Source: an uncultured delta proteobacterium (lineage in GTDB: Bacteria; Desulfobacterota; RBG-13-43-22). From it: DNA of 57,447 bases. The notes under the pieces are model-generated. The model searched no databases. It was not told the origin of the DNA and saw only the letters and a program-made list of their open reading frames with translations. Positions 1 through 10,480 of this stretch are shown here, piece by piece (positions within the stretch are counted from its first letter, which is position 1; every line of letters starts with the position of its first letter). The position numbers and the translations under genes are program-made. The DNA is taken from positions 1-57,447 of the forward strand of contig CAWDKY010000039.1 in NCBI GenBank assembly GCA_963802945.1, read 5' to 3'.

Positions 1-1041
1 ATGACCATCCTTGATTTTGGAGCAGGAACCTGCTGGCTTTCAAAAATTTTTAACCAGCTTCAGTGTATAACCATTTCTCTTGATACTTCCATGACTGCTT
101 TGAACTTGGGGGAAAAACTTTTTGATCTTCACCCAGTGTTTGGAGGATCTCTATCCCCTCCAAGATTTCTACTTTTTAATGGGTATCAAATTGAAATTGA
201 GGATGAATCAGTTGATAGAATAGTCTGTTTTGATACTTTTCATCATATCCCCAATCAAAGGCATGTTCTCGATGAGTTTTATAGAATCCTTAAAAAGGGT
301 GGATTAGTCGGTTTCAGTGAACCAGGACGAAATCATTCTTTTTCACCCGGTTGTCAAGCAAATATGAAAAAATACAATTTTCTGGAAAGAAATATTCAAA
401 TAGAAGATATTGAGAGAATGTCCAAGGAAGCCGGGTTTACAGATTTGAGAATCAAGCTTATTACTGAGGATCTTTCTCAATCCAATCTAAACCTGACTTT
501 AAACGAATACGATAAGCTTACATCCAGTGAAAAAATCCAAAATAGAATAATTAGCCAGATCAGCAACTGTATGCAAAATTCAACCGTATTTTATCTTTAC
601 AAGGGAGATTTTCTTCCGGACAGCAGAACATTCCAGGGACTGAGGCACACGATTGAAACAAAAGCAAACGATATCCATGTCAGAGCAGGAATAACTTTCT
701 CCTTTGAATTAAACATTAAAAATGTTGGTTCTTCGAGATGGTTACATTCTAATACTTATGATGTTGGGGTCGTTAAAATCGGATCTCATTTATATGATGG
801 TAATTTAAATCTGATTAAATTTGACTACGGACAAAGAGTACTTTTTGATCACGACATCCTCCCAGGTGAATCAATCTCCACTGAAGTTTCTTTTTCTATT
901 AAAACAGCAGGAAAGTATTTTATAGAAGTCGATCTACTTTCTGAGGGGGTGTGTTGGTTTGGCAATATAGACAGTAAAACAACTATATTGGGAATCGAGG
1001 TTACAGAAACGGAAACGTTTCAGGGAAAGGTTAATCTTTAG
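1..1041 (+). CDS. Class I SAM-dependent methyltransferase with C-terminal Ig-like domain (probably 5'-truncated by the window edge)
   Basis: ILDFGAGTCW motif I and VDRIVCFDTFHH; the C-terminal KNVGSSRW...IGSHL...DILPGES...DLLSEGVCWF segment resembles an NBR1-Ig-like domain. Confidence 0.85.
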   Translation: MTILDFGAGTCWLSKIFNQLQCITISLDTSMTALNLGEKLFDLHPVFGGSLSPPRFLLFNGYQIEIEDESVDRIVCFDTFHHIPNQRHVLDEFYRILKKGGLVGFSEPGRNHSFSPGCQANMKKYNFLERNIQIEDIERMSKEAGFTDLRIKLITEDLSQSNLNLTLNEYDKLTSSEKIQNRIISQISNCMQNSTVFYLYKGDFLPDSRTFQGLRHTIETKANDIHVRAGITFSFELNIKNVGSSRWLHSNTYDVGVVKIGSHLYDGNLNLIKFDYGQRVLFDHDILPGESISTEVSFSIKTAGKYFIEVDLLSEGVCWFGNIDSKTTILGIEVTETETFQGKVNL

Positions 1042-1049
1042 TAGACATT

Positions 1050-1283
1050 ATGGATGTGATATTAAAAAAGGAGCAAGATTTGTCAAATTTGACAAATGAG
1101 GAATATGTGAAAAAAGCCTTTCAACTTTTTCTTGGGAGGGAACCGGAAGAAAAAGCATTCACCGAATATTCAGCACAACTTGATCATGGACATTTAACGA
1201 GACAACGATTCATACTCGTCTTAGTCCAGTCAGAAGAATTTAATGCTAAAGCAACTGGAAGTTTACAAAACTTCTCTCAATGA
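1050..1283 (+). CDS. Small DUF4214-like protein
   Basis: NEEYVKKAFQLFLGREPE...LTRQRFILVLVQSEEF matches the DUF4214 pattern often seen in glycan loci. Confidence 0.7.
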   Translation: MDVILKKEQDLSNLTNEEYVKKAFQLFLGREPEEKAFTEYSAQLDHGHLTRQRFILVLVQSEEFNAKATGSLQNFSQ

Positions 1284-1500
1284 ATATAGGTAGTGGGCGC
1301 ATTCCCTGTAGTGTCGTAACTGCGCTTGTCGAAGTTTTGATGTGGGGTGCTTTAATAGAAAAATCCTTTTTAAGGAGCCCATCTTTTGATCGACTATTTT
1401 GCCTGGCCGGGCAAGAGAAGTTTAAAGAAAAATCACTTACCATAAGTATTGTTTTATGTTAACTACTAACAAATTTTAAACAATTTCAATAGGAGGGAAT

Positions 1501-1965
1501 ATGAACTCAATAAAAAAAGTAATAGTAGTATTGTTCGTTATTTTTTTTGGTTTAGCTATTCTGCCAGGGTGCAACCCAAAAAAGGAATCTACACCGAGTC
1601 TAAAGAATTTCTCCCAAGAGATAACAACCTCTGCTAAGTTGTCCGACTTAAAGGCTGGTGAAAAAGTTACAATTCCTGTCACGGTAAAAAATACTGGAAA
1701 TGAGACTTGGCCGGCAAAAGGAGAAAAACCAGTGGGTCTGTCCTACCATTGGTTGGACAGTGAAAGGAAAGAACTTGCTGAAGATGGTCGGGCCTATCTA
1801 ACAAAAGATTTGGCTCCAGGAGAATCTACTTTACTAAATCTTGAAATTATCGGTTTTCCAAAACCAGGAGAATATATAATACAGTTATGCATGGTACAGG
1901 AAACCGTCGCTTGGTTTGTGTGGAAGGGAGGTAAGCCCCTTGAAATGAAGATTTCTATTAAATAA
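1501..1965 (+). CDS. Lipoprotein with a stand-alone NBR1-Ig-like domain
   Basis: SD aggaggg; signal peptide ending LPGC (lipobox); VKNTGNETWP...VGLSYHW...DLAPGES...MVQETVAWF. Confidence 0.75.
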   Translation: MNSIKKVIVVLFVIFFGLAILPGCNPKKESTPSLKNFSQEITTSAKLSDLKAGEKVTIPVTVKNTGNETWPAKGEKPVGLSYHWLDSERKELAEDGRAYLTKDLAPGESTLLNLEIIGFPKPGEYIIQLCMVQETVAWFVWKGGKPLEMKISIK

Positions 1966-1968
1966 TTC

Positions 1969-3024
1969 GCCAGTTCATTAGTAAAATGCAATATTTGGGA
2001 AAGCAGAAAGGTTTATGCTATCCTAAATGTCTATGGCAAAATAATACAAATAGGTATCCCAAGCCGAACGTGAGCAGGTAGCTCTCCTTAACTGCACTGG
2101 GAGTAGAAAAGACTCGGGACAATAGGAGAAGCGATCAGGCGGGACAAAAGCACGATTTCCCGAGAACTCAAACAAAACTCCACTCCCGAATATAAATGCT
2201 ATACACCCTGCCGGACGCAGGCTCGATCCTATGATCGAAAGAATCAGCCCATACGCACCAGCGGCTCAAGAATGGCCTGATCGAGCCGTATGTTCGAAAA
2301 AAGATGGCCGTAGGTTAGTCGCCGGAGTTAATCGCCAGACAATTAAGGGTTGACAATCCTAGATATTCCATCAACCATGAGACCATCTACCTGTATATCT
2401 ATTATCCCCAGACCCATGATAAACTGGAGTTGATCAATGACTTACGCCGTGCCCACAAGAAACGGAGATCCAAAGGCTTCGGCAGAAAAGAGCGAAAAAC
2501 CAAGATTCCCAATAGACTTTCAATTGATGCCCGACCCAAACTCGTTGATCGTCGCCTTCACTACGATCAATGAGAGGGCGATAGCCTAGTCTCCCAGAAA
2601 AGTAAGGCGGCTTTAAACTCCTTGACCGAGAGAAAGATCCGACTCCTCCTGCTCTCCAAGTTTGATCGGAAGGGCGCTGCCGAAACCAGTAAGGCGACAT
2701 CTCAAAAAGCTTTCGGGAATTGGCAGAAGGACATTGATCCTGGACAATGGTACCGAGAACTCCAAGCATGAAGAGTTGACAGCCAGGCTCGGCATCAAAT
2801 GCTTTTTTGCCCATCCCTATTCAGCATGGGAGCGGGGTACCAATGAAAACATTAACGGCCTTATCCGTTGGTATTTGCCAAAGGGTACGGACTTCAGTAA
2901 AATTAACAAAGAACAAATTAAACAGATCGAATATCTGATGAACAGTCGCCCCAGGAAGTGCCTGGGATTTAAAACTCCTCTTGAAGTTGCAGCCTCAAGC
3001 GTTGCACTTCGAACTTGAATTCGG
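1969..3024 (+). mobile_element. Degenerate IS30-family element with transposase pseudogene
   Basis: Fragments in several frames: RDKSTISRELK (HTH), SINHETIY, EGDSLVS, LDNGTE, ERGTNENINGLIR, NSRPRKCLGFKTP, terminal VALRT. Imperfect terminal IRs at 1969-1992 and 3001-3024. Confidence 0.88.
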
Positions 3025-3293
3025 GGAGCTTTAAAATGGACGTTGCAATAAAAAGCTGGCGAATATTTCAAATCTTGGTTTTTAAAAAATTGACTTCTGA
3101 ACCATTATTTCAAAACTTTCTAACTATGCGCATGCGGAAGTATAACAACGTTTTTCCAGAAATGGTAGTCCGACATTGATAGCTTTGCAAGTCGGCATTA
3201 GGTCGCTTACGTCTGCATTGTTATAGAATTGGTGCGTCTTGGCGGCAATACGAAAAGCCGTAATTTCTTGGATTCACGGGTAAGGGTTATTTT

Positions 3294-4271
3294 ATGTCCA
3301 TACAACGCAAGCTTATTTCAATCGTTGCTCCTTTTTATAACGAGGTCGAAGGGGTTGAATACTTCTATCAAGCTATTTGCTCCATATTCAACCAAATTCT
3401 AGGCTTTGACTTCGAGGTGGTTTGCGTAGATGACGGTAGTCGTGACGACACGTTGAAGAAGTTGATAGAACTAGTTGACCGAGACCCGCGGTTCCATGTA
3501 ATCGAACTCTCAAGAAACTTCGGTAAGGAACCTGCACTTACGGCAGGTATCGATGTTGCTATGGGTGATGCGGTTATACCGATCGATGCGGACCTTCAGG
3601 ACCCACCAGAATTGATCCCGACTTTGATACAGGAATGGCAGCAAGGGGCAGAAGTTGTGCTTGCTTGCCGAACAGATAGAAGTTCGGATACATTCCTCAA
3701 ACGGAAAACGGCTAAGATGTTCTATCGGTTTCACAACAGACTCTCTCCCACCAAAATCCCTGAAAACGTCGGTGACTTCCGCCTCATGGATCGGGTCGTA
3801 GTCGAAGCCCTTAAGCAACTCCCAGAGCGGCAGCGTTTCATGAAAGGCTTATTTTCTTGGGTTGGTTTTAAAACAACAACAGTGAATTACACGCGAAATT
3901 CACGTGCAGCAGGTACAACCAAGTTTTCAGGTTTGAAGCTTTGGAACGTTGCGCTTGAAGGTATTACAAGCTTTAGCACTACACCGCTCAAGGTATGGAC
4001 CTACATTGGAAGCGCTGGCGCTCTTTTAACTTTTGCCTATGCCATGTTCATTATTCTGAGAACGTTAATACGCGGTGTAGATCTTCCTGGTTATGCGTCC
4101 TTATTGGTTGCTATTTTGTTTTTTGGAAGTCTTCAATTAGTCGGTATTGGCATTCTTGGTGAATATATGGGAAGGATTTACATGGAAACAAAGCAGCGAC
4201 CAGTTTACCTTATTCGTAAGCATTACAAGGCCGATATTTGCAAGCATCACGAAGCCAACAATGAATCCTGA
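3294..4271 (+). CDS. gtrB: GT2 bactoprenol glycosyltransferase, GtrB-like
   Basis: VDDGSRD, LSRNFGKE, IDADLQDPPE, GDFRLMDR, two C-terminal TM helices, GEYMGRIY.ETK.RP. Confidence 0.9.
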   Translation: MSIQRKLISIVAPFYNEVEGVEYFYQAICSIFNQILGFDFEVVCVDDGSRDDTLKKLIELVDRDPRFHVIELSRNFGKEPALTAGIDVAMGDAVIPIDADLQDPPELIPTLIQEWQQGAEVVLACRTDRSSDTFLKRKTAKMFYRFHNRLSPTKIPENVGDFRLMDRVVVEALKQLPERQRFMKGLFSWVGFKTTTVNYTRNSRAAGTTKFSGLKLWNVALEGITSFSTTPLKVWTYIGSAGALLTFAYAMFIILRTLIRGVDLPGYASLLVAILFFGSLQLVGIGILGEYMGRIYMETKQRPVYLIRKHYKADICKHHEANNES

Positions 4272-5001
4272 TGCATATCTGGAAATGGCGGATACCGAGG
4301 CTCGTCATTGGTGGTTCATTGGAAGAAGAGCCATAATGTCATATATCATCGGAGCCTTCGAGTTGCCACCCAGCGCAAGAATTCTCGAAATAGGTTCAGG
4401 CACAGGTGGAAATCTGGAAATGTTGTCTTCCTTTGGGCAGGTCAGCGCTCTGGAGATGGATGCGACAGCTCGTTCGATAGCTGAGAGAAAGACTGGTTTT
4501 CGTTTTGATATCCGACCCGGTTTCTGTCCAACAGACATCCCATTCATTGGCGAGAGATTTGACCTCATTTGCCTTTTTGATGTTTTGGAACACATTGCTG
4601 AGGACGTAGAAACACTCATCACAGTGAAAGGGCTCCTGTCCGATGGAGGGAGGGTTTTGATAACTGTACCCGCCTATCACTGGCTTTGGGGCGCTCATGA
4701 TAAATTTTTGCACCACAAGCGGCGCTATTCTGCAGCGGAGTTGCGTCAGAAAGTGTTGGCTTCCGGTTTTAAACCTTCCAAGCTCACATATTTTAATACC
4801 TTTTTTTTCCCACTAGTGGCTTTCGTGCGATTCAAGGATAGGTTGCTCGGTAACTCATCAGCAAGCGGCACCGGCATCCTGCCTGCACCCATCAACCAAC
4901 TTTTTGCCGGTCTTTTTGGATTAGAACGCTTCATAATCGGGAAATTTAACCTTCCATTCGGCGTCTCGTTGCTGTGTGTTCTTCAATCTGAGCACTCGTG
5001 A
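4261..5001 (+). CDS. Class I SAM-dependent methyltransferase (type often found next to gtrB)
   Basis: Likely start ATG 4261 overlapping the gtrB end; HWWF.GRR, ILEIGSGTG, FDVLEHI, HDKFLHHKRRY, LPFGVS. Confidence 0.88.
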   Translation: MNPDAYLEMADTEARHWWFIGRRAIMSYIIGAFELPPSARILEIGSGTGGNLEMLSSFGQVSALEMDATARSIAERKTGFRFDIRPGFCPTDIPFIGERFDLICLFDVLEHIAEDVETLITVKGLLSDGGRVLITVPAYHWLWGAHDKFLHHKRRYSAAELRQKVLASGFKPSKLTYFNTFFFPLVAFVRFKDRLLGNSSASGTGILPAPINQLFAGLFGLERFIIGKFNLPFGVSLLCVLQSEHS

Positions 5002-5003
5002 GA

Positions 5004-5375
5004 TGACGTCTACTCTGCTGATAGGACAAGCATGGCGCTTTGCAATCTCTAGGCTGCTTGTTCAGTTTATGTGCCCGTTGCAATCTATTTTTTTAATTTC
5101 GTGCTGCATGTTCCGTCCCTTGCTAATGGATTTGCGTTTGGAGTGGCAACGGTCTTTTCTTATATGATCAATACCTTCTGGAGCTTCTCTATCCTGCTGC
5201 GCAGAATAAATCTTCAACGTTTTGTTTTGATTACTTTAATTGGATGCTTTCTTGCTGTGGCAGTTTCTGAAACCGCTTAGTACTACGACTTGCACTATAT
5301 GATGGTATTAAATTAGTTGTTTGTACGGTTTCGCCAGTAACGTTTCTCCTTCATAGCTTTTGGACGGATCAATGA
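5004..5375 (+). pseudogene. gtrA: GtrA-family flippase, frameshifted with internal stops
   Basis: QAWRFAIS in one frame, ANGFAFGVATVFSYMINTFWSF in another, and a PVTFLLHSFWT tail near 5335-5370; stop at 5278. Confidence 0.75.
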
Positions 5376-5426
5376 AATTTATTTATGTTCATTTGTCATT
5401 GGAAACATTGACAGAGGTGTTACAGA

Positions 5427-7272
5427 ATGTTTGAACAGGCCAACTATTACCTTGGACTTACATCTATCAAGGTGCTAACAGTTTACTTTTTTTACATAAA
5501 CCTTGGCTTCTTGCTGTTTGGCTCTGTTGGGCTTTTTGCAGAGAAAGTTACAAAAATTAGGATTCCTACTGTAACAAAAATATTGGTCGGATATGTGTTT
5601 TATACTTCATTGGCATGGTGGCTATACAAATCCGGAAATTCAAAAATCATATTGCCAACATTTTTTCTGTTTGTGCTTTGTATTGTGGGTTATGCGCTTA
5701 TAAATATTAATCGAAAAAAGCTTGCGCTCAACAAAATATTTTCCCTATTCTTGGATTTTCAAAAAAGGCTTACTCCACTTTTTGTTATCGAGTTGGTTTT
5801 GATTTTGTTTTGGGCTGGATTTTTAAATGACAAGCCATACCATATTTTGGCTCATGGTAATAATGATGTATATTTTTGGGGTTTTATGTCTGATCATGTA
5901 ATGGGGGTATCCAATTTAGAGAGAATTGCAGGTGGGCGCGATTTTTTAAAAATTGTTATTGACTGTTTTGGCGTATATAGTTGGCTTGGACTCATGGGGC
6001 AGTTATCCATGAAAAGTCATTCTATAGAGGCGGTGATGTTGTTCCAGCTGTCATTGTCGGTATTATTGGCGTGGCTTATTTATGAGCTTTCTAAGGTTGT
6101 TGTTGGGGTTACTAGGCTTGCAGCATTTATTCCGGCATTTGTGTTTTCTTTTAATCCTTTATGGGTTTATATTTTTACTAATAATTTTTTATCCCAAATG
6201 ACGGCAACTTTTTGTTTTTTGAGTTCCATTTATGTTAGTGGTTTATCAGAAGGTTTGGCATCAAAAAAGAAAAACAATATACTTTCCGGTTATCTATTAT
6301 ATGTGTGTTTTGTGTTTTCTTATCCCGGTCTTTTGGTGCCATATATCGCATTCGTTTTGAGCTCGATAGTTGTATTCAATTATTTTTTATGTCGAGCGAG
6401 AGGATGTAGGCCTTGGAAAGAAATGGCGAAGACGATAACTGGTGTTACCGTTGGAATTTTACTCGGGGCATTGATTAATTACGATTTAACGTCTTATGCG
6501 ATAGGCCGTTTTTTTGTGCTCTCTAGTGTACGGGCCGGATGGCCGCTCTCATTTTTAGACCCTCGAAACTTAATTGGGCTGATTAGCTATTCCCTAGACC
6601 AAACGGTTTTTTCAAACTGGATCACATATTTGTTTTTGACTTCTTTGATTTGCTTTGTATTTATTTTGCGTAATTACGGGATTAAAGAGCGATCGCTCTA
6701 TAAAGCAAGATATGATTCATTATTGTTTTTATCGGTCATCGCATTAATTGGATATCTGGGGGTTTATTATATTACGGGGGACGGTTATCAACAATGGAAG
6801 TTTGCTTCTTACTTTCCCTTTCCACTATTACTTCTAGTCGGAGTTAATTACTTTGCTCCAAAAAGTTATGTTTAAGAAGGTATTTTTTTATCTGATTTTC
6901 TTATTTGTCATTGTTGGTGGCATTAAGCAACTAGTTCAACGAGAGAGATTATATGTGCCATCAAATGACTTTATTGCGCTGCAATCTTTGGATAATAAAA
7001 AATACGATTCGATAACTTTGGGATTGGAGCCTTACAGGGGTATTATGTTGGCGGTTAACTTTTTGGGTAACGTGAATTTGTATTCGATTGAAGATTCTTA
7101 TTTACCAAAAGTGGAATTCAGCCCAGAGCGAATAACGTCTAAAAATCCGTTGTTAACTACAGAAGATTCATGTCTTCGAAGTATGGCTATTGATTTCATA
7201 AAACTAACGAATAAATTGATTTTGATAACAAAGGTTCGGCAACTTGATAAAAACCAATCTTGTCTAAAATAA
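5427..7272 (+). CDS. Multi-TM membrane protein, GT-C/GtrC-like; probably one gene split near 6860 (ORFs 5427-6875 and 6853-7272)
   Basis: About 12 hydrophobic segments, GNNDVYFW loop, YQQWKF motif, overlapping downstream ORF with one TM plus a soluble domain; AT-rich. Confidence 0.6.
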
Positions 7273-7401
7273 GTTTTAAAAATAGCCCTTCGTCTTGAGT
7301 TATGGCAAAGAAATTTCGACCAAGAAATTGAATGAACTGGTATAACGTGTACAACTTCTTAGCATTAACTACGCCGCTTTTTTCTTGCTATTTTCTGCTT
7401 C

Positions 7402-7683
7402 GTGTCTTCCGCCCTGCTGGAAGATCAGAGAGCATTCTTATTTTCTTTTGCCTGTTCGCAGCCCATATGGATCATTAAGCGAGACAGATCGAGCCAGAAA
7501 ATCTTTTTGCGAAGTAACGGCGATGCACTAGTTATGTCTGTTCGGGTTATTGGTTTGCCACCAAGCGAGCTTGCCGAGATCAGCATTGAAACCGATGACA
7601 CGGCATCCTCCCTTGGGGACCGGGATACTCGAAGGTCAGCATGGATGGTATGTAACGTAAACATCAATCCGGTCTCTCCCTAA
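7402..7683 (+). other. Possible remnant of a C-terminal periplasmic domain of a glycosylation protein
   Basis: SSLGDRDTRRSAWMVCNVNI loosely resembles the DxRxLG-type tail; no convincing start. Confidence 0.25.
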
Positions 7684-7745
7684 TCATCTGCCTTGCATTC
7701 TTACAACCCCATAACAGTAAACTGATAAATCCGGTATAAGATACC

Positions 7746-9218
7746 ATGCTATTTACAACCCCGACGTTTCTTTTCTTATTCCTACCGATTTTTTTCCTGG
7801 CGTATTATCTGGCACCCAATCTAGGATGTTGGCGCAACCATATTGCTCTGCTTGCCAGTTTGATTTTTTTCTCTTGGGCGGAGCCTGTTTATGTATTTTT
7901 ATTAATAGTTTCAGTCTACATTGATTATCTAATATCAAATCTGATATCAACAAACTCGGCATCGTCGCTTTCGAAGAAGAAGCTCCTTCTCTGGATTGGT
8001 ATTTTTTTGAATGTTGCAGTCCTCATTGCATTTAAATATACATCATTTATCGTATCGGAGGTCCTCATACCACTTAAGTTGTATAGCAGTCAAATGGCGG
8101 ACGCGAACTTCCCTCTGTTGATGGGCATATCTTTTATCACATTTCATAGAATCAGCTACTTGGTTGACTGCTTCAAGGGAACTGCAGCTCCTTCGGAAAG
8201 TATTTATGACTATGCCTTGTATATCTTCTTGTTTCCTAAGCTCATTTCTGGTCCCACAATTCTGTACCACGATATCGACGATCAAATTCATCGGAGAATG
8301 TATGCAAACAGTGCATTCCTGGTCGGATCTTTCCGCTTTTGTATCGGTTTTTCGAAAAAGGTGCTGATAGCAGATCCGTTAGGGCTAGTCGCAAATCGGA
8401 TATTTGCACTGCCTTTGAATGAGTTATCAATTTGGTACGCATGGGCAGGTGCTTTTGCTTATACGCTACAAATTTACTTCGATTTTTCTGGTTACTCCGA
8501 TATAGCGATTGGTCTGGGTCGTATGATGGGATTTCGATTTCCGGAGAATTTTAATCGGCCATATACCTCATTGAGCATTACTGAGTTCTGGCGCCGCTGG
8601 CATATTACCCTATCCGGTTGGATGCGATTATATCTGTATATCCCCCTTGGCGGGAATAGGGTTTCAAAAACAAGAACTCTTGTTAATCTATGGATTGTTT
8701 TTCTCATTTCCGGCTTTTGGCATGGTGCAAATTGGACATTTGTTGTATGGGGTGCGTACCACGGGCTATTTTTGTGCATCGAAAAATATGCATCAGAAGT
8801 AGCGCCTGCAGCAAAAAAGTATCTTCCATCTTTTATCCGTTTCCCAGCGACCATGATAATTGTGCTATTTGGATGGGTAATTTTTAGATCCGCAACACTT
8901 TCTTATGCCATTAATTTTATGAAAGTGATGGTCGGTTTTTCGAAACCACAGTCATGTCTTCAGCCGTGGGGCTTGTTATTTGGAAATCGCGAGTTATTCT
9001 TATTAGTTATTGGTTCAATCATTGTTTTCTTTAAGGTTCCCGGCAAACATCTCAGGCTCCCCGCCTGGTTCTCAAGTGCATGGAGCGAGTCAATGACGAT
9101 TGGCGGAGGACGTGTTCAAATTTTTACGACTTTCCTCGCAACAATTGTACTGTTCTTGTACTCTGTCATGGCAATGCTTAGTTCAGAATATGTACCATTT
9201 CTTTATTTTAGGTTTTAG
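7746..9218 (+). CDS. MBOAT O-acyltransferase, AlgI/PatA/DltB-like
   Basis: GISFITF, QIYFDFSGYSDIAIG, ENFNRPY, EFWRRWHITLS, SGFWHGANWTF, terminal PFLYFRF. Confidence 0.93.
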   Translation: MLFTTPTFLFLFLPIFFLAYYLAPNLGCWRNHIALLASLIFFSWAEPVYVFLLIVSVYIDYLISNLISTNSASSLSKKKLLLWIGIFLNVAVLIAFKYTSFIVSEVLIPLKLYSSQMADANFPLLMGISFITFHRISYLVDCFKGTAAPSESIYDYALYIFLFPKLISGPTILYHDIDDQIHRRMYANSAFLVGSFRFCIGFSKKVLIADPLGLVANRIFALPLNELSIWYAWAGAFAYTLQIYFDFSGYSDIAIGLGRMMGFRFPENFNRPYTSLSITEFWRRWHITLSGWMRLYLYIPLGGNRVSKTRTLVNLWIVFLISGFWHGANWTFVVWGAYHGLFLCIEKYASEVAPAAKKYLPSFIRFPATMIIVLFGWVIFRSATLSYAINFMKVMVGFSKPQSCLQPWGLLFGNRELFLLVIGSIIVFFKVPGKHLRLPAWFSSAWSESMTIGGGRVQIFTTFLATIVLFLYSVMAMLSSEYVPFLYFRF

Positions 9219-9221
9219 TCC

Positions 9222-10439
9222 ATGGGGAAAAAACAGGATTTATTATATATAGTGCTTTCCGGGTTATTTATTTTATTACTTCTACTTCCTTCTCTACAGT
9301 ATTTTTTTCGGCTAATCCCGGAAGGAAATCTTTACGGATATGTTGAAAAAAAAACGACCAAGCCGGGCAGCATTGTGCACGGCTGGTTCGATAAGAGGCT
9401 GCAGCGATGGTGGGAAGAAACATTTGATAATAATATAGGGTTCAAGACTTTTTGTGTTAGAATCTTCAATGAGATAAATTTTCGGCTCTTTTCTGAGGCA
9501 CCGCAAATTCGATTGTATTCAACAAAAGCCCACGGGTTGTATAGTCGAATGTCGATTGAAAGTTTGAATTATGAGTTCACCAACCACGAAATGCTATCGA
9601 AGCAATATGTTGAATTTGCTCACAAGCTTATTGAGCTTCAAGGATTACTAGAAAAAAATGGCAAACATTTCGAGGTTGTTATTAGTAGTAGCAAAGCCTA
9701 TGTACACCCAGATGGATTGGGTAAGCGATTTCTTATAAATACCGATAGCAATATCTTTTCAAAAATTTCAAGCCTTGGGAATGAACTTAAAAAACTTAAA
9801 GTTAACGTTATTGACTCTGGACCGCTTCTTCGCCAACTTTATATGCATGAATTAATTGAGACTCATCCTTATTCGGGTGTCCATTGGAATTATTATGCAG
9901 GATGCATCGTGGCGCGTGATCTACTCAATGATGCAAAAAAATTATTGAAGAATACTCCTATCTTAAATTGTGGCAGTCCTGTTTATAAAGAATCGACAAT
10001 GGTTGATGTAGATGGTCTACTGCTTCTCAATGTCCTCAGTGATGTCAACATCCTTCGCCCGAGTCCCTATCCATCTCCGACTATTGAGTCTTTTGGTGGT
10101 TACAAGCCGAAAATTTTGATAATCGGAGATAGTTTTATGGGTCAGATGGTATTTTCGCTTATGGAATCAGTCGCCTATTCACGGCTCGTCACCAGTAATT
10201 ACTTTAGCACACGTGAAGTTCACTATCAACCGATTGACTCGCCATGTGAAAAATCTGAGTCGCTCTCAAAACAACATATTCAGGCCTCAGTAATTAATGA
10301 TGCTTTAAATAGTGATCTGATTGTTTTACAGATGGTTGATTATAACGTATCGAGATTTGGTTATGGTTTCGTCGACTCTCTCTTAAAGTATTTGAAGCTC
10401 TCCCCCAGGTTACAGCGGAATTTAAAAAATCAATCATAA
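9222..10439 (+). CDS. AlgJ/AlgX-like SGNH O-acetyltransferase partner
   Basis: N-terminal TM anchor, GVHWNYYAG, IIGDSF; immediately follows the MBOAT gene. Confidence 0.75.
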   Translation: MGKKQDLLYIVLSGLFILLLLLPSLQYFFRLIPEGNLYGYVEKKTTKPGSIVHGWFDKRLQRWWEETFDNNIGFKTFCVRIFNEINFRLFSEAPQIRLYSTKAHGLYSRMSIESLNYEFTNHEMLSKQYVEFAHKLIELQGLLEKNGKHFEVVISSSKAYVHPDGLGKRFLINTDSNIFSKISSLGNELKKLKVNVIDSGPLLRQLYMHELIETHPYSGVHWNYYAGCIVARDLLNDAKKLLKNTPILNCGSPVYKESTMVDVDGLLLLNVLSDVNILRPSPYPSPTIESFGGYKPKILIIGDSFMGQMVFSLMESVAYSRLVTSNYFSTREVHYQPIDSPCEKSESLSKQHIQASVINDALNSDLIVLQMVDYNVSRFGYGFVDSLLKYLKLSPRLQRNLKNQS

Positions 10440-10480
10440 AATCATATGGCACTATGGGTATTTTTTAAAGGAATACTTAA

